From the NCBI GenBank assembly GCA_039811685.1, contig JBDHZC010000003.1:256001-320000 (forward strand): a stretch of DNA of 64,000 nucleotides, in the 5' to 3' direction. Under the pieces are notes generated by a model. That model made no database searches. It had not been told where the DNA came from and saw nothing but the letters and a program-made list of their open reading frames with translations. This stretch comes from Armatimonadota bacterium. Lineage in GTDB: Bacteria; Armatimonadota; UBA5829; DSUL01. Position numbers and translations under genes: made by a program. Below are positions 51,876 through 62,296 of this stretch, one piece after another (the first letter of the stretch is position 1; each line of letters starts with the position of its first letter).

Positions 51876-52952
51876 TTACTCCGGAACAAAGCTTATTTGT
51901 GGATTCAGTCGGCTCACAAACTCCGCCAGCAGCTTCGCCGTATTTTCCATATCTGTCAGGCTGATCATTTCAGAGGGCGTGTGCATGTAGCGCAGAGGAA
52001 CGTGGATGAGTCCCACAGCCACTCCGGAGCGCGACCCCTGGATCGGATCCGCATCGGTGGCCGAGCGCCCACCGATTGCCTCAGTCTGGTAGGAAATCTT
52101 GACGTCCTCCGCACACTCGCAGAGCCTGTCGAATACAACGGGATTCACGTTTGCGCCGCGCGAAAGAATCGGGCCTTTGTCGAGGGAGTAGTCTCCGGCC
52201 TTCGTTTTCTCGACTCCCGGATGATCTGTTGCATGCCCCACGTCTATCACTATTGCGATATCTGGATCGATGTTAAAACTCGAAGCGCTGGCGCCAGGCC
52301 CTCCGATCTCCTCCTGCACCGTCGCCACCCCGTAAACGGCAGCCTGGAGTTTTTGTGTTCGATCGGGCCTTTCCTTGAGCAGCCGCATCGTTTCCGCTAC
52401 AATCCAGATCGCCATCTTGTTGTCGAAAGCCATGGAGACCGCGCGATTGTCCCGAAGTACCCGAAAATTCTGAACGAAAACTCCTGCGTCACCCAGGCGC
52501 ACCGCTTTTTCTGCGTCAGCTTTGTTCTCAGCGCCGATATCAATCCAGAGAGACTCGATTGTTGGAGCCTTGGTCCGGTCGTCCGGTTCCTGAAGATGAA
52601 TGGCCTTGCGTCCGACGACACCGTGTACAGGCCCCTCTTTTGAATCAATTACGACTCTTTGAGAAACGCAGGCAGTCGGGTCGATCCCGCCAATGCGCCG
52701 AAAGTAAAGAAAGCCTTCATCACTGATGTGGCTGATGATGAATCCTATCTGATCGCAGTGGCCGGCTATCATGACGCGTGGCCGGCCCTCGACGTTCTGC
52801 ACAGCGGTAACGGTGCCCAGAACGTCAGTGCTAACCGTGTCAGCGAACCTGGAAACGTAGTCTCTAAACACTCGCTGAGCCGGCTGCTCAAACCCGGATG
52901 GACTAGGTGTCTCCACCAGGCATCTCAGAAAATCCAGTGACTGCTTATCCAA
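51876..52952 (-). CDS. M42 family metallopeptidase
   Basis: PSPSGFE, GHCDQIG, FDNK, VQEEIG, DVGHA, RYMHTPSE. Confidence 0.93.
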   Translation of the reverse strand: MDKQSLDFLRCLVETPSPSGFEQPAQRVFRDYVSRFADTVSTDVLGTVTAVQNVEGRPRVMIAGHCDQIGFIISHISDEGFLYFRRIGGIDPTACVSQRVVIDSKEGPVHGVVGRKAIHLQEPDDRTKAPTIESLWIDIGAENKADAEKAVRLGDAGVFVQNFRVLRDNRAVSMAFDNKMAIWIVAETMRLLKERPDRTQKLQAAVYGVATVQEEIGGPGASASSFNIDPDIAIVIDVGHATDHPGVEKTKAGDYSLDKGPILSRGANVNPVVFDRLCECAEDVKISYQTEAIGGRSATDADPIQGSRSGVAVGLIHVPLRYMHTPSEMISLTDMENTAKLLAEFVSRLNPQISFVPE

Positions 52953-53495
52953 CTCAAGCTCTCCTTCATCAATCGCAGTTTTTGTCTGAGGGATACTGTA
53001 CGTGCAGCACTGCTCTGTCAATATCCGAGTGGTTCTTGACAAAAGCCCTCCCTCGGCGCACAGTTCTCCTGAGCAAAGAGGCAAAAAACTTGTACCGGAG
53101 GGAACCGCTCGCCCAAACGCTGTCGTAAACTGTTCTAAGGCGAGTTATGGCGATAGGTAGTCGTCCAGCTTACTGCCGTATCGCAAGTCTCTCCACTCCG
53201 CGTTACTGCTTGCGGGATGCGGAAAGTCCTCAAGCTTCGCGCACATTTGAGGCATAATCCAAGGGTACGGTGCTGGTTATCTTACTGTGTTGCTCACCGG
53301 GCGCTTGATAGTAGCCAGTCCCCAATTACAATAATAAGTGCGGAGCATGCTCCGGGTCTGTAGTGGCTGGTGTAAGGATCTCCTGAAAGGGGAAGAGCGT
53401 CACGGTCTGGCCTGCATGCCGTGCGCATGGCTCTGCACAAGCTGGGTTCACTCTGGCGGCGTTGCCCCGAGAGTTCTTGGGGGAGGATTCGTAAT

Positions 53496-54530
53496 ATGTC
53501 AAAGATTCGCTGGTTGTTTGCTCTAACTGCAAGCCTGTCTCTGCTGGCGGGCGCGGGAGTCCGGGCTATGGACGTGCCTCTCCCTGCGCCGGCCGTAGCT
53601 GTCCCCGCGCATGAGGCCACGCCGGTACCGGCTGCGCCTGTGGCAGCGCCGATCGCCGGTGTACACGAAGCCTCTCCGCTGCCTGGAGCGAACTATCTTG
53701 TCGCACCTGACGACGTCCTCCAGTTCAGTGTTTGGGGAGAGCAGCAGATGCAGGGGCTCTACCTGCAGGTCACGCCGGAAGGGACGATCAACGCGCCGGT
53801 TGTCGGAACTATTCCCGCCGCAGGACGGACGGTATCGCAGATTAAAGATGACATAGCCCACAAGTTCGTGGAGCTCGATTATCTACGAGATCCGATTGTC
53901 CAGCTTACACTTTACTCTGTACACAAGATGCGCGTTCGGGTGCTCGGACAAGTTCAGCGGCCTGGCCTGCAGCTGATGCGGGATGGTGACAGAGTTGACC
54001 AGGCTATCGCTGATGCGGGCAGCTTCATTCCCGATACGGCAGGTTTGGCCAAGACCACTATTACACGAATTGGAGAGTCTCACCCGATCAATGTTGACCT
54101 GGCAGCTTTCTACAACGGTGGCGACCTCAGTCAGAACATCGTCCTCAAGGAAGGCGATTCCATTTATATTCCAGAGGACACGGAGAACCGTTTCTACGTG
54201 ATGGGATATGTTCAGCAGCCGCGCATGTTCCCACTGAAGCCAACGACCACGGTCACTGAGGCCGTGTCGCAGGCCGGAGGCCCCATCAAGCGTGGGTCAC
54301 TTGGCCGAACGGTAGTTATCCGGAAGGCACAGGACGGCAAACCCGCTGAGCGGATTCCCGTGGATGTGGCCAAAATTCTCGAGACGGGTGACACAACCCG
54401 GGACATTCGTCTTCAGCCTGGAGATGTAGTGCTTGTGCCAGAGACCAAATCGCCCGATATAGGCACTATAGGACAGGTTCTGAACGCGCTGTTCAACGTT
54501 TCTTATCTATCTAAGATCGGATTCTTCTAG
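53496..54530 (+). CDS. Polysaccharide export protein (Wza-like, SLBB domains)
   Basis: Poly_export motif YLVAPDDVL..VTPEGTINAPVVG; two SLBB repeats; LQPGDVVLVP. Confidence 0.9.
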   Translation: MSKIRWLFALTASLSLLAGAGVRAMDVPLPAPAVAVPAHEATPVPAAPVAAPIAGVHEASPLPGANYLVAPDDVLQFSVWGEQQMQGLYLQVTPEGTINAPVVGTIPAAGRTVSQIKDDIAHKFVELDYLRDPIVQLTLYSVHKMRVRVLGQVQRPGLQLMRDGDRVDQAIADAGSFIPDTAGLAKTTITRIGESHPINVDLAAFYNGGDLSQNIVLKEGDSIYIPEDTENRFYVMGYVQQPRMFPLKPTTTVTEAVSQAGGPIKRGSLGRTVVIRKAQDGKPAERIPVDVAKILETGDTTRDIRLQPGDVVLVPETKSPDIGTIGQVLNALFNVSYLSKIGFF

Positions 54531-54635
54531 ACAGGGAGAGCCGGTCGAGGAGGTTGTCTTCGCGGTCAGTGGGCCGCTGATTCAGAATTGCCGAAGGTAG
54601 CGCGAGAGCCGCCTTTCGGTCGGAGGTCACCAGCT

Positions 54636-56774
54636 TTGGAGCTCTGGAGATATTTTAGAATTCTATACCGCCGCAAATGGCTCATCATCGTTGGCATGGT
54701 GTTGTGCGTCGGGATTGCGGCCTATCTGGCGATAGCCCAGGAGCCGAAATATACGGCGTACATTCACGTCGTGCAGCAGATGCCCGATACAGCGGGCCAA
54801 ACGGTCTATCCAGAGAGCATCTACACGGGAGTCGACAACGACATGCGCCTGGCGAACCTCGCGACCATCGCGACCAGCGCTGACGTTCGAATGCTGTTGT
54901 TCGACAAGCTCCGCAACTCTCAGGACCTGATGGGGTTGAAGGGCTATCCAGGCGCTGATCCCGACAAGTTTGATGAGTTCTGGCAGGGAGTGCAGGTCTA
55001 CCCTGAGCGCGGCACGCAGTTTGTCCGCATCAACGTGACTTCTCCGAACATGCAACTGTCGCGAGAGACTGCGAAGGTTCTGGCGAGTACATTTGAGACC
55101 TACTATCAGGATAACGTCTTCAATCCCTCGAGAGTGACTGAGAATCTCCGCACACAGGTCGAGGACGCTCGCCAGAGGATGCAGAAAGCGCTCAACGCGA
55201 TGGCGGAGTACAAGAGGACCCACAGTGTTAATGACCTGAGCGCCAACACACAGGCGCGAATCAGCCGCTTGAGCGATATGGAGACTCAGTGGCATGTGGC
55301 GCAGGTCACGGCGCAGGAGAATGCCAACCGTTTGCGCACCCTCACTGAGCAACTTAAAAAGCAGCCATTTATGCGAAAAGAGGGGCAGCAACTCGGCGAG
55401 AACCAGCTCTGGGTGACCTACAGGAACCAGCTTACACAGAGAGAACAGGACCTGGCTGCTATGATGGCGCACCGGGGGCCTGCTCACCCGGAGGTTAAGG
55501 CTCTCCAGGAGAGCATTAATGATCTCAAATCGCAGCTAGCAACAGAGCAGCAACGCAAACTACTCACTGAGACAGAGGGCGTAAACCCCGTTTACACCCA
55601 GGCGTTGTCAAATGTGATTAGCGCCAAAGCAGATACCATCGGCTCGCAGGCGCGGGCGCAGGCGTTGGCGGCTGTTGTCCCGCAGATGCGAGCACAACTG
55701 GCGAACTATCCTGAGGATGAGCGAGCTCTGTCGAATCTGGCAGTGGAAGCCAAAGCCTCCCAGGATGCCTACGGAATGTTGCGTCAGAAGTTTGAAGAGG
55801 CGCGCGTGCGAGAGGCGGAGCCGTACAAAGCAGGTATCATTAAAGTCGTCGAAGAGGAGGCGACTCCTGTTCCTGTTACCTCCACAAAGCGCCTCCAGAT
55901 TGCGCTTGCTCTCCCTCTGAGCATTCTCCTGTCCTGCGCTATCATCTTTCTGCTCGATTATCTGGACAACTCTATTCGATCGCCTGAAGAGGTTGAAGAG
56001 CTGCTTGGGCTGCCGGTGTCCGCTATGGTTGCCCTTGGCAAGGGTCATTCCATGATCCGTGGTAAGTCCGACCCGGGGCTTCGAGAGTCGTTCCAGATGC
56101 TGGCGTCGTCGCTTTGGCACCAGAAGGTGGAGCATTCAGGCAGTGGAGCAATCCTTGTCGCCAGCGCTGAGCCGGATTCCGGCCGCACGGTCGTCGCGGG
56201 CAATCTGGCCGCGAGTCTGGCCGCAGATGGAGCGCGTGTCATCCTCGTTGATGCAGATATGCGTCAGCCGCACCAGCATCTCGTCTTTGGTCTTGACAAT
56301 AGCAAGGGCTTCAGCAACCTGCTGGCCGGCAGCGCTAAGATCGAAGATGTCGCTTTGCCGACCAAGGTCGAAGGGCTGCTGCTGATCCCGAGTGGCCCGT
56401 TGCCGGATAACCCCATGCGGCTGCTGCGAAGTGACGCTATGCGTCATTTCGTCGAAGAAGCCTCTGGCGTGGCGGACTTTGTGATATTTGACAGTCCCGC
56501 CGGCGCGGCGTTTGCCGATCCAACAGTTATCGCGGCCTACGTTAAGCAGGTGCTGCTTGTGCAGTCTGCCGGCAGGGTGCCGCGGGGGGCCGAAAACGAG
56601 TTCCGCTCACGTTTGGAGCAGATTGGCGCGGAGTTTGTGGGTGTGGTTCTCAACAAGGTTCGTCCCGACGATAGCCACAGCATCTATCACTTCCGCACAG
56701 CTTATGGCAGGCTGCCAGGGTCTACGCCACCGGCGGGATCCCTGGGGTCGACAAGTCCTGCCATTCCGGGTTAG
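54636..56774 (+). CDS. Polysaccharide co-polymerase / BY-kinase (Wzc/GumC-like)
   Basis: RRKW plus TM, coiled coil with HPEV, second TM, LVDADMR, VIFDSP; Walker A reads GRT. Confidence 0.9.
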   Translation: MELWRYFRILYRRKWLIIVGMVLCVGIAAYLAIAQEPKYTAYIHVVQQMPDTAGQTVYPESIYTGVDNDMRLANLATIATSADVRMLLFDKLRNSQDLMGLKGYPGADPDKFDEFWQGVQVYPERGTQFVRINVTSPNMQLSRETAKVLASTFETYYQDNVFNPSRVTENLRTQVEDARQRMQKALNAMAEYKRTHSVNDLSANTQARISRLSDMETQWHVAQVTAQENANRLRTLTEQLKKQPFMRKEGQQLGENQLWVTYRNQLTQREQDLAAMMAHRGPAHPEVKALQESINDLKSQLATEQQRKLLTETEGVNPVYTQALSNVISAKADTIGSQARAQALAAVVPQMRAQLANYPEDERALSNLAVEAKASQDAYGMLRQKFEEARVREAEPYKAGIIKVVEEEATPVPVTSTKRLQIALALPLSILLSCAIIFLLDYLDNSIRSPEEVEELLGLPVSAMVALGKGHSMIRGKSDPGLRESFQMLASSLWHQKVEHSGSGAILVASAEPDSGRTVVAGNLAASLAADGARVILVDADMRQPHQHLVFGLDNSKGFSNLLAGSAKIEDVALPTKVEGLLLIPSGPLPDNPMRLLRSDAMRHFVEEASGVADFVIFDSPAGAAFADPTVIAAYVKQVLLVQSAGRVPRGAENEFRSRLEQIGAEFVGVVLNKVRPDDSHSIYHFRTAYGRLPGSTPPAGSLGSTSPAIPG

Positions 56775-56783
56775 GCGCTTTGA

Positions 56784-56819
56784 CGGACGGGCAACTGCAA
56801 GCGCGCAGTTGCCCGTCCG
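56784..56819. other. Strong intergenic hairpin
   Basis: CGGACGGGCAACTGC-N6-GCAGTTGCCCGTCCG; no U-tract. Confidence 0.7.
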
Positions 56820-57011
56820 CTGACGTTCCTGATCGCGCTACAGCGCTTCTGTGCGCAACGCGCCCGTAGCCCAAAGAGAACGCGTGGGAACTTCGGCATG
56901 TGTGTCTGAGTATCACTTATAGTAAGCGTGTTGGGACAACGCGGCAGTCAAGCACAGGTGCTCTGAGCGATATGCCCGCCGCCGCAGACTTCGCGAAACA
57001 CATCTTTTCAT

Positions 57012-57701
57012 ATGGGAGAAAGCACGTCACTGACACAAGCATCCGAAGGAGAATCAGCGGCTGTGAAAGCCCTGGATGCTGCTGAGACTGTGGCCGAAAG
57101 GCCCGGATATGAGCTTGCGAAGCGCATAGTTGACATTATTGGCGCGTCGCTGCTGCTGGTGTTGTTCTCCCTTCCAGCTGCCGTGATTGCGGTACTCATC
57201 AAATTGGATGACCCTGGGCCTGTTATGTTCAAGCAGGTTCGCGTAGGACGCTTCGGCCGTCTGTTTACTATTTATAAATTCCGCACGATGATTTCCGACG
57301 CTGAGAAGATGCAAAAGGAATTGGAGAAGTACAACGAAGCCGGTGGCGCCTACTTCAAGCTGAAGAACGATCCGCGTGTGACCAAAGTCGGAGCGGTACT
57401 GCGCAAACTGAGTCTGGATGAGATACCGCAGTTCATAAATGTACTGACTGGAGACATGAGTCTCGTCGGGCCGCGCCCGCTGCCTGTTACAGGCTATGAG
57501 AATGAATCGTGGTATGTGCGCAAGGCCAGTGTGCCGCCTGGAATGACCGGGCTCTGGCAGATTAGCGGACGCTCAGACCTTTCAGGCGAGCAGGCGGCAG
57601 AACTGGATTTGCGCTACGTCGAGCGTCGCAGTTTCCTTTATGACCTGAAGTTAATGTGCGCGACTGTACCCGCAGTTCTCTTTCGCAAGGGCGCGGCGTA
57701 A
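57012..57701 (+). CDS. Priming sugar transferase (Bac_transf)
   Basis: [40 protein letters not shown]. Confidence 0.95.
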   Translation: MGESTSLTQASEGESAAVKALDAAETVAERPGYELAKRIVDIIGASLLLVLFSLPAAVIAVLIKLDDPGPVMFKQVRVGRFGRLFTIYKFRTMISDAEKMQKELEKYNEAGGAYFKLKNDPRVTKVGAVLRKLSLDEIPQFINVLTGDMSLVGPRPLPVTGYENESWYVRKASVPPGMTGLWQISGRSDLSGEQAAELDLRYVERRSFLYDLKLMCATVPAVLFRKGAA

Positions 57702-57843
57702 GGCAGTTGATGCCAGGACTTAGTGGCTGTCGCTCATATTTCTATCCGGGTGTTGATAGAGTCTCTGCTCTCCTGGGCAAGAAATCCGGAAGCGGTGGAA
57801 TGGATGAGAGGAAGGCCGTGCGAATGACTACGGAGGTGACTTC

Positions 57844-58734
57844 TTGAGCACGAATGTGCAACAGGCTGAAACGGCGCCGTCAAATGGCGTGCTGACAACG
57901 GCGGCCAGGCACTGGGTAGAGTTGCTTGCGTGGCTGGCGCTGATAGTTTTCTGGATTCCCACATTCGCCAATTTTGTTGCGGCGTGGGACAGCCCGGACG
58001 GCTACTACTCACATGGGTGGCTTATTCCGTTTATGTGTCTATGGACCGCCTGGATGCTGCGAGACCGCGTCCGGAGCTTGACGTTGCGGCCAAGCCTGTG
58101 GGGAATGGGCGCGCTGGCTCTATTACTTGCAGCGGCGGCTTTGTTCGGGATACAGAGCAGCTTCACAATGCGCGGCTTGATGTTCCCTGTCAGTCTGGCT
58201 GCGTTTGTGGCTGCCTTGTACGGGTGGAGTTATGTCCGGTCATTTGTTTTCCCCATCTTCTATCTGTACTTTATGTGTCCGATCCCGGACTTCATCCTGC
58301 TGAGTTTGTCGGCGAAGATTCAGCTGTGGTCAACGACGATCGCCACCTACATGTCCAAAGCGATTCTCATTAATGCAGTCCAGAATGGAAACTTCATTCA
58401 GACTGACTACTGCAATATTGAAGTTGGGCAGGCCTGCAGTGGTTTTAGAATGCTGGTGGCGCTAACAGCGTTCGCGGTTTTTCTCGTTTACGCTGTAAAG
58501 GGCGACACCTGGCGCAAAATCTTCTTTGTTCTGCTCTCGATGCCGCTCGCTGTCCTTGTAAACTCTCTTCGAGTTGCTATCCTGGTAGCGGTTGGCCACT
58601 ACTGGGATCCTAATCTGGTCAGCAAGCTGCACGATTATTCTGGCTATCTGGTGCTGCTCGTAGCGTTTGTTCTAATGTATTGGTTAGCGAGGTTACTTGG
58701 ATGTCGCGAGTTCAGACTCACGGAATCGTCCTGA
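57844..58734 (+). CDS. Exosortase
   Basis: YYSHGWLIP, EVGQACSG (Cys), NSLRV (Arg), LHDYSG (His); multiple TM helices. Confidence 0.93.
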   Translation: MSTNVQQAETAPSNGVLTTAARHWVELLAWLALIVFWIPTFANFVAAWDSPDGYYSHGWLIPFMCLWTAWMLRDRVRSLTLRPSLWGMGALALLLAAAALFGIQSSFTMRGLMFPVSLAAFVAALYGWSYVRSFVFPIFYLYFMCPIPDFILLSLSAKIQLWSTTIATYMSKAILINAVQNGNFIQTDYCNIEVGQACSGFRMLVALTAFAVFLVYAVKGDTWRKIFFVLLSMPLAVLVNSLRVAILVAVGHYWDPNLVSKLHDYSGYLVLLVAFVLMYWLARLLGCREFRLTESS

Positions 58735-59333
58735 TCTTCCTGATCGGGTTGTTCACCGCTGTCAACGTGATTGGCAGCAAAGCAAAGGGAAAAGAACCTC
58801 CCCAGGTTGAGATGGCCACGTGGGTGCCGCTGGATATAAGCGGCTGGACGGGCACAAATGAAACTCCTCCGTCGGTTTGGAGTGAACAGCTCCCGCACGC
58901 TAACTTTCTCGTACGCTACTACACTAAGGGGCCTGCTGTCGTCGAGCTGCTAATGATTCAGAGCGCTGATCCGGGCAGTTTTCACAATCCGATGTTTTGC
59001 CTGCCGGGCAGCGGCTACAACACCATAGACTCCGGCGTACAATCCCTGCCTCACGGAGACGTCTCGCAGGGAGAGTTCAGTAAGTCTTTCGAACAGTTGA
59101 TAGTGCGCTACTGGTACGTAGCTGGTCCGAGACAGACTCCGAATCTCTGGAATCACAAGTGGAATATCTTCTGGAATAAGATTTCCGGCAACCACGGGGA
59201 CAACCTTTCATTCCGTGTGACCGTTCGGGATGCTGGAGGAGAGGACCCGGGCAAGGTCGCGAATGATTTCTCGGATCTGGTGCTGCAGGAAGTCCAGAAG
59301 AAGCTCACCGATGGACGCGTAGCCGTCAGGTAG
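58701..59333 (+). CDS. EpsI-family exosortase-associated protein
   Basis: PLDISGWTG, RYY, HNPMFCLPGSG, RYWY; overlaps the exosortase gene. Confidence 0.88.
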   Translation: MSRVQTHGIVLIFLIGLFTAVNVIGSKAKGKEPPQVEMATWVPLDISGWTGTNETPPSVWSEQLPHANFLVRYYTKGPAVVELLMIQSADPGSFHNPMFCLPGSGYNTIDSGVQSLPHGDVSQGEFSKSFEQLIVRYWYVAGPRQTPNLWNHKWNIFWNKISGNHGDNLSFRVTVRDAGGEDPGKVANDFSDLVLQEVQKKLTDGRVAVR

Positions 59334-59342
59334 TGCACTATC

Positions 59343-59966
59343 GTGCGAACAGTATGTGTTGGGGTGGCTGGCGGCAGCGGATCAGGGAAGACGACGCTGT
59401 CGCGTCGGCTGGCAGCAGAGTTTCCAGATTGTTCGGTAGTCCTGGAGCAGGACTCCTACTATCAGGATCACTCCAGTATTGCGCCCAGTGAGCGAGTTCA
59501 CATCAACTATGACCATCCCTCCTCCATCGAGATTTCACTGCTTGCGAGTCATATTTCCCGTCTAAAGGCTGGATCGCCTGTCCAATCGCCAATCTACGAT
59601 TTTGTTACGCACGCCCGGTCGGGCTCGCGCGATGTTTTGCCCGCTCCGCTGCTTCTCGTTGAAGGAATCCTGGTCTTGCACTTCCGCGAGATCCAGGATC
59701 TTCTAGACGTGAAGGTCTTTGTGGCGCAAAATGAAGCTGAGCGACTGGCGCGCAGGATTGCGCGCGATGTGTGTGAACGTGGGCGCAGCCGCGCCAGTGT
59801 ACAAGAACAGTTCCAGCGCTTCGTCGCTCCGATGCACGATCAGTATGTGGAGCCGTGCTCAAAGTCTGCCGATTATGTCATTGCAGGAGACGACACCGGC
59901 GAAGAAAGGCTCAAGCGTCTTATCCGGCACATTCGCAGCAGGCTACAGGCAGCGCGGGAGTTGTGA
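59343..59966 (+). CDS. udk: Uridine kinase
   Basis: GGSGSGKTT, DSYY, NYDHP, PIYDF, RDVCERGR. Confidence 0.93.
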   Translation: MRTVCVGVAGGSGSGKTTLSRRLAAEFPDCSVVLEQDSYYQDHSSIAPSERVHINYDHPSSIEISLLASHISRLKAGSPVQSPIYDFVTHARSGSRDVLPAPLLLVEGILVLHFREIQDLLDVKVFVAQNEAERLARRIARDVCERGRSRASVQEQFQRFVAPMHDQYVEPCSKSADYVIAGDDTGEERLKRLIRHIRSRLQAAREL

Positions 59967-60090
59967 GGTTGCGCTGACGTAGCGTCGGCCAGGAGCCGTC
60001 GATGTCTGTCACGGCGAATGAAAACGTTCACGGGCAGGCCAGGCAACAGCGCGGCTTGAGCGAGCAGTTTTTTCAGGGGGTACACCAGAC

Positions 60091-60678
60091 ATGGGCATGG
60101 CGGAAATAGTGCGACATCGCTTTGCGGAGAGCATTGACGTCAAGCAGAGAGCTTCAGAGCAGCTTGCTGTGGAGATCGCACAGGCAGTGGCTGAGATTGT
60201 TTGCAGTCTGCGGGATGGAAACAAGCTGATGCTGTGCGGCAACGGCGGTAGCGCGGCGGATGCCCAGCACATTGCCGCAGAGTTTGTCGGCCGGTTTCAG
60301 ATGGAGCGCCAGCCGGTTGCTGCAATCGCCCTCACAACCAACACGTCCACCATCACCGCTATTGGCAACGACTACGGATACGACGATGTTTTCAAACGCC
60401 AGGTGCAGGCTTTTGGGCAGGACGGAGACATTTTTATAGGGATATCTACAAGCGGCAATTCCGAGTGCGTGGTGCGGGCAGCGCAGGCAGCGCGTGAGAA
60501 GGGGGTCTTTGCCATCAGCCTGACAGGGCAGAGTGGCGGCCGTCTCGCAGACTGCGCGGATCTCGCCATCCGAGTTCCCTCAGACAAGACCCCACGGATT
60601 CAGGAAACTCATATCACAATCGGGCACATCATCTGTGAATTGGTTGAGAGTGAGCTCTTTGCCCATGCCGCTGTCTAG
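60091..60678 (+). CDS. gmhA: D-sedoheptulose 7-phosphate isomerase
   Basis: CGNGGSAADAQH, NDYG, STSGNS, RIQETH. Confidence 0.96.
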   Translation: MGMAEIVRHRFAESIDVKQRASEQLAVEIAQAVAEIVCSLRDGNKLMLCGNGGSAADAQHIAAEFVGRFQMERQPVAAIALTTNTSTITAIGNDYGYDDVFKRQVQAFGQDGDIFIGISTSGNSECVVRAAQAAREKGVFAISLTGQSGGRLADCADLAIRVPSDKTPRIQETHITIGHIICELVESELFAHAAV

Positions 60679-60763
60679 TCGCCATACATGTTCAATAAAG
60701 CCGATCCGATAGTGCTTGAATCCCACGGCTGCTCGCGCGACCGCTGGTCGCTAGAAGCTCAAG

Positions 60764-62296
60764 TTGTCTAGAGCCACTGCCCGTCAGGAGCCTCAAAAGG
60801 TTGAAGTGGCCGCTAAAGCGGTTGCCTGGAACGCCATCCTCTCTATTGTCGCGATTGTCGTCGGGACAGTGGTCAGCATTGCGCAGGTGCGCCTGCTTAC
60901 CAAGGCTGATTTCGCGCCTTTCACCGCAGCGTCACAGATTCTGCGCTACTTTCAGATATTCAGCCTGTTTACTCTGGACGCGGCGCTTCTGCGATACATC
61001 CCCGAGTACCGCGCACGTGGGGATCGACGTGGGATCAAGCAGCTTATTCTGCTGGCTCTCGGTCTGAATTTCGCTGCGTGGCTGCTGGTGGTTGTGGTCA
61101 CGGCCGCGACAGCCGGGCTTATTACGCACGTCAACAGGATGCCCATGCAGGCTTTGATGTACACCGGAGCTGCGATGGTGCTTCCAAGCGTGGTACAGGT
61201 GTCTCTGCAGGCGGTTCTGACGGCGTTCTACCGCATTCGAGTGCAGGTTATCGGAACCGTCGCCGGCGGATTCGCTCAGCTCTTCTGTCTGTGGCTGTTC
61301 ATTCAGAAGTTGAAGCTGGGTGGTGCGGGCGCAATGATGGCTCAGATTGGGATGAGCGGACTGCTGCTCATCGTTTTTCTATATCAGTTGCGCAAGCTCC
61401 CTCTGCCGCCGCAATCTGGCGAATACCAGCCTTTCCCTGTCAGGCGTCTCATCGGTTTCTCTCTTCCCTACGTTATCAATCTTCTCGCCGCTTCAGTATT
61501 TCGCTTTCAGTCTGAAGTGTTGTTCTTGCTGCCCTATCACGGGCGGGCTATGACGTCCACGTACAGCTATGCTTACATGGTGTCGCAACGCTTCCTGGAA
61601 TTTGTTCCTGCAGCTTTCTATGGCGTTGGCAACGTGATGGTCTCGACTGCCTTTCTGGAGGGCCGTGAACAGCTCAAGCGCGTTGTGAGCATATACTGGC
61701 GCATCATTGCTGTGTCAACTGCCGCAGTTTCTGTTGGAGGATTCGTCCTTGCGGACAAGCTGACACTTTTTCTTTTTGGCGCAAAAGCCCAGGAGGCGGG
61801 TCACTATGCTGCGATTCTTTTTCTCACTCAAGCCTGCGTCACGTTCATCAACCCCTACAATTTTGTTATGAGGGCAGAAGAGAAGACGTGGCTGGCGTTC
61901 TGGCTCAGCCCGCCGGCAGCGATTATTTCTCTTGGAATTGACTACCTGCTTATTCCCAGGTACGGGCTACACGGCGCGGTCATCGCGACCAGCTTGAGCT
62001 ACTCTGCAGTGAGTCTTGTTCAGTACATCGCTTTTCAGCGTGTCTTTCCTTATTTGAAAATGCCCTTTGGGTATATCGCACGATGTTATGTTGCGTGCCT
62101 ACCGATGCTGCTTGCGATACCTCTGAAAGGCGCTGTTCCCGGGCACTCTGGGCTGTTGGTCGGCTTTGCGGCAGCCGCTGTACTCTGGGCAGTCGGCGTG
62201 AGAGCGCTCAGACTGCTTGGTGAGGATGAGATCAGTCTGATCACGCGCAGCAACCTGCCTGGGATGGGTGTCCTGGTGAGAGTGTTAGCAAGATGA
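60764..62296 (+). CDS. Polysaccharide flippase (Wzx-like)
   Basis: Multi-pass membrane protein in an EPS locus; LRYIPEY, FSLP, LLIPRYGLHGAVIAT. Confidence 0.85.
   Translation: MSRATARQEPQKVEVAAKAVAWNAILSIVAIVVGTVVSIAQVRLLTKADFAPFTAASQILRYFQIFSLFTLDAALLRYIPEYRARGDRRGIKQLILLALGLNFAAWLLVVVVTAATAGLITHVNRMPMQALMYTGAAMVLPSVVQVSLQAVLTAFYRIRVQVIGTVAGGFAQLFCLWLFIQKLKLGGAGAMMAQIGMSGLLLIVFLYQLRKLPLPPQSGEYQPFPVRRLIGFSLPYVINLLAASVFRFQSEVLFLLPYHGRAMTSTYSYAYMVSQRFLEFVPAAFYGVGNVMVSTAFLEGREQLKRVVSIYWRIIAVSTAAVSVGGFVLADKLTLFLFGAKAQEAGHYAAILFLTQACVTFINPYNFVMRAEEKTWLAFWLSPPAAIISLGIDYLLIPRYGLHGAVIATSLSYSAVSLVQYIAFQRVFPYLKMPFGYIARCYVACLPMLLAIPLKGAVPGHSGLLVGFAAAAVLWAVGVRALRLLGEDEISLITRSNLPGMGVLVRVLAR

Noticed and set aside
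53100..53495. c-di-GMP riboswitch or ops/JUMPstart element upstream of the EPS locus
   Set aside because: Only an isolated GAAA-loop hairpin is present; neither consensus is matched.
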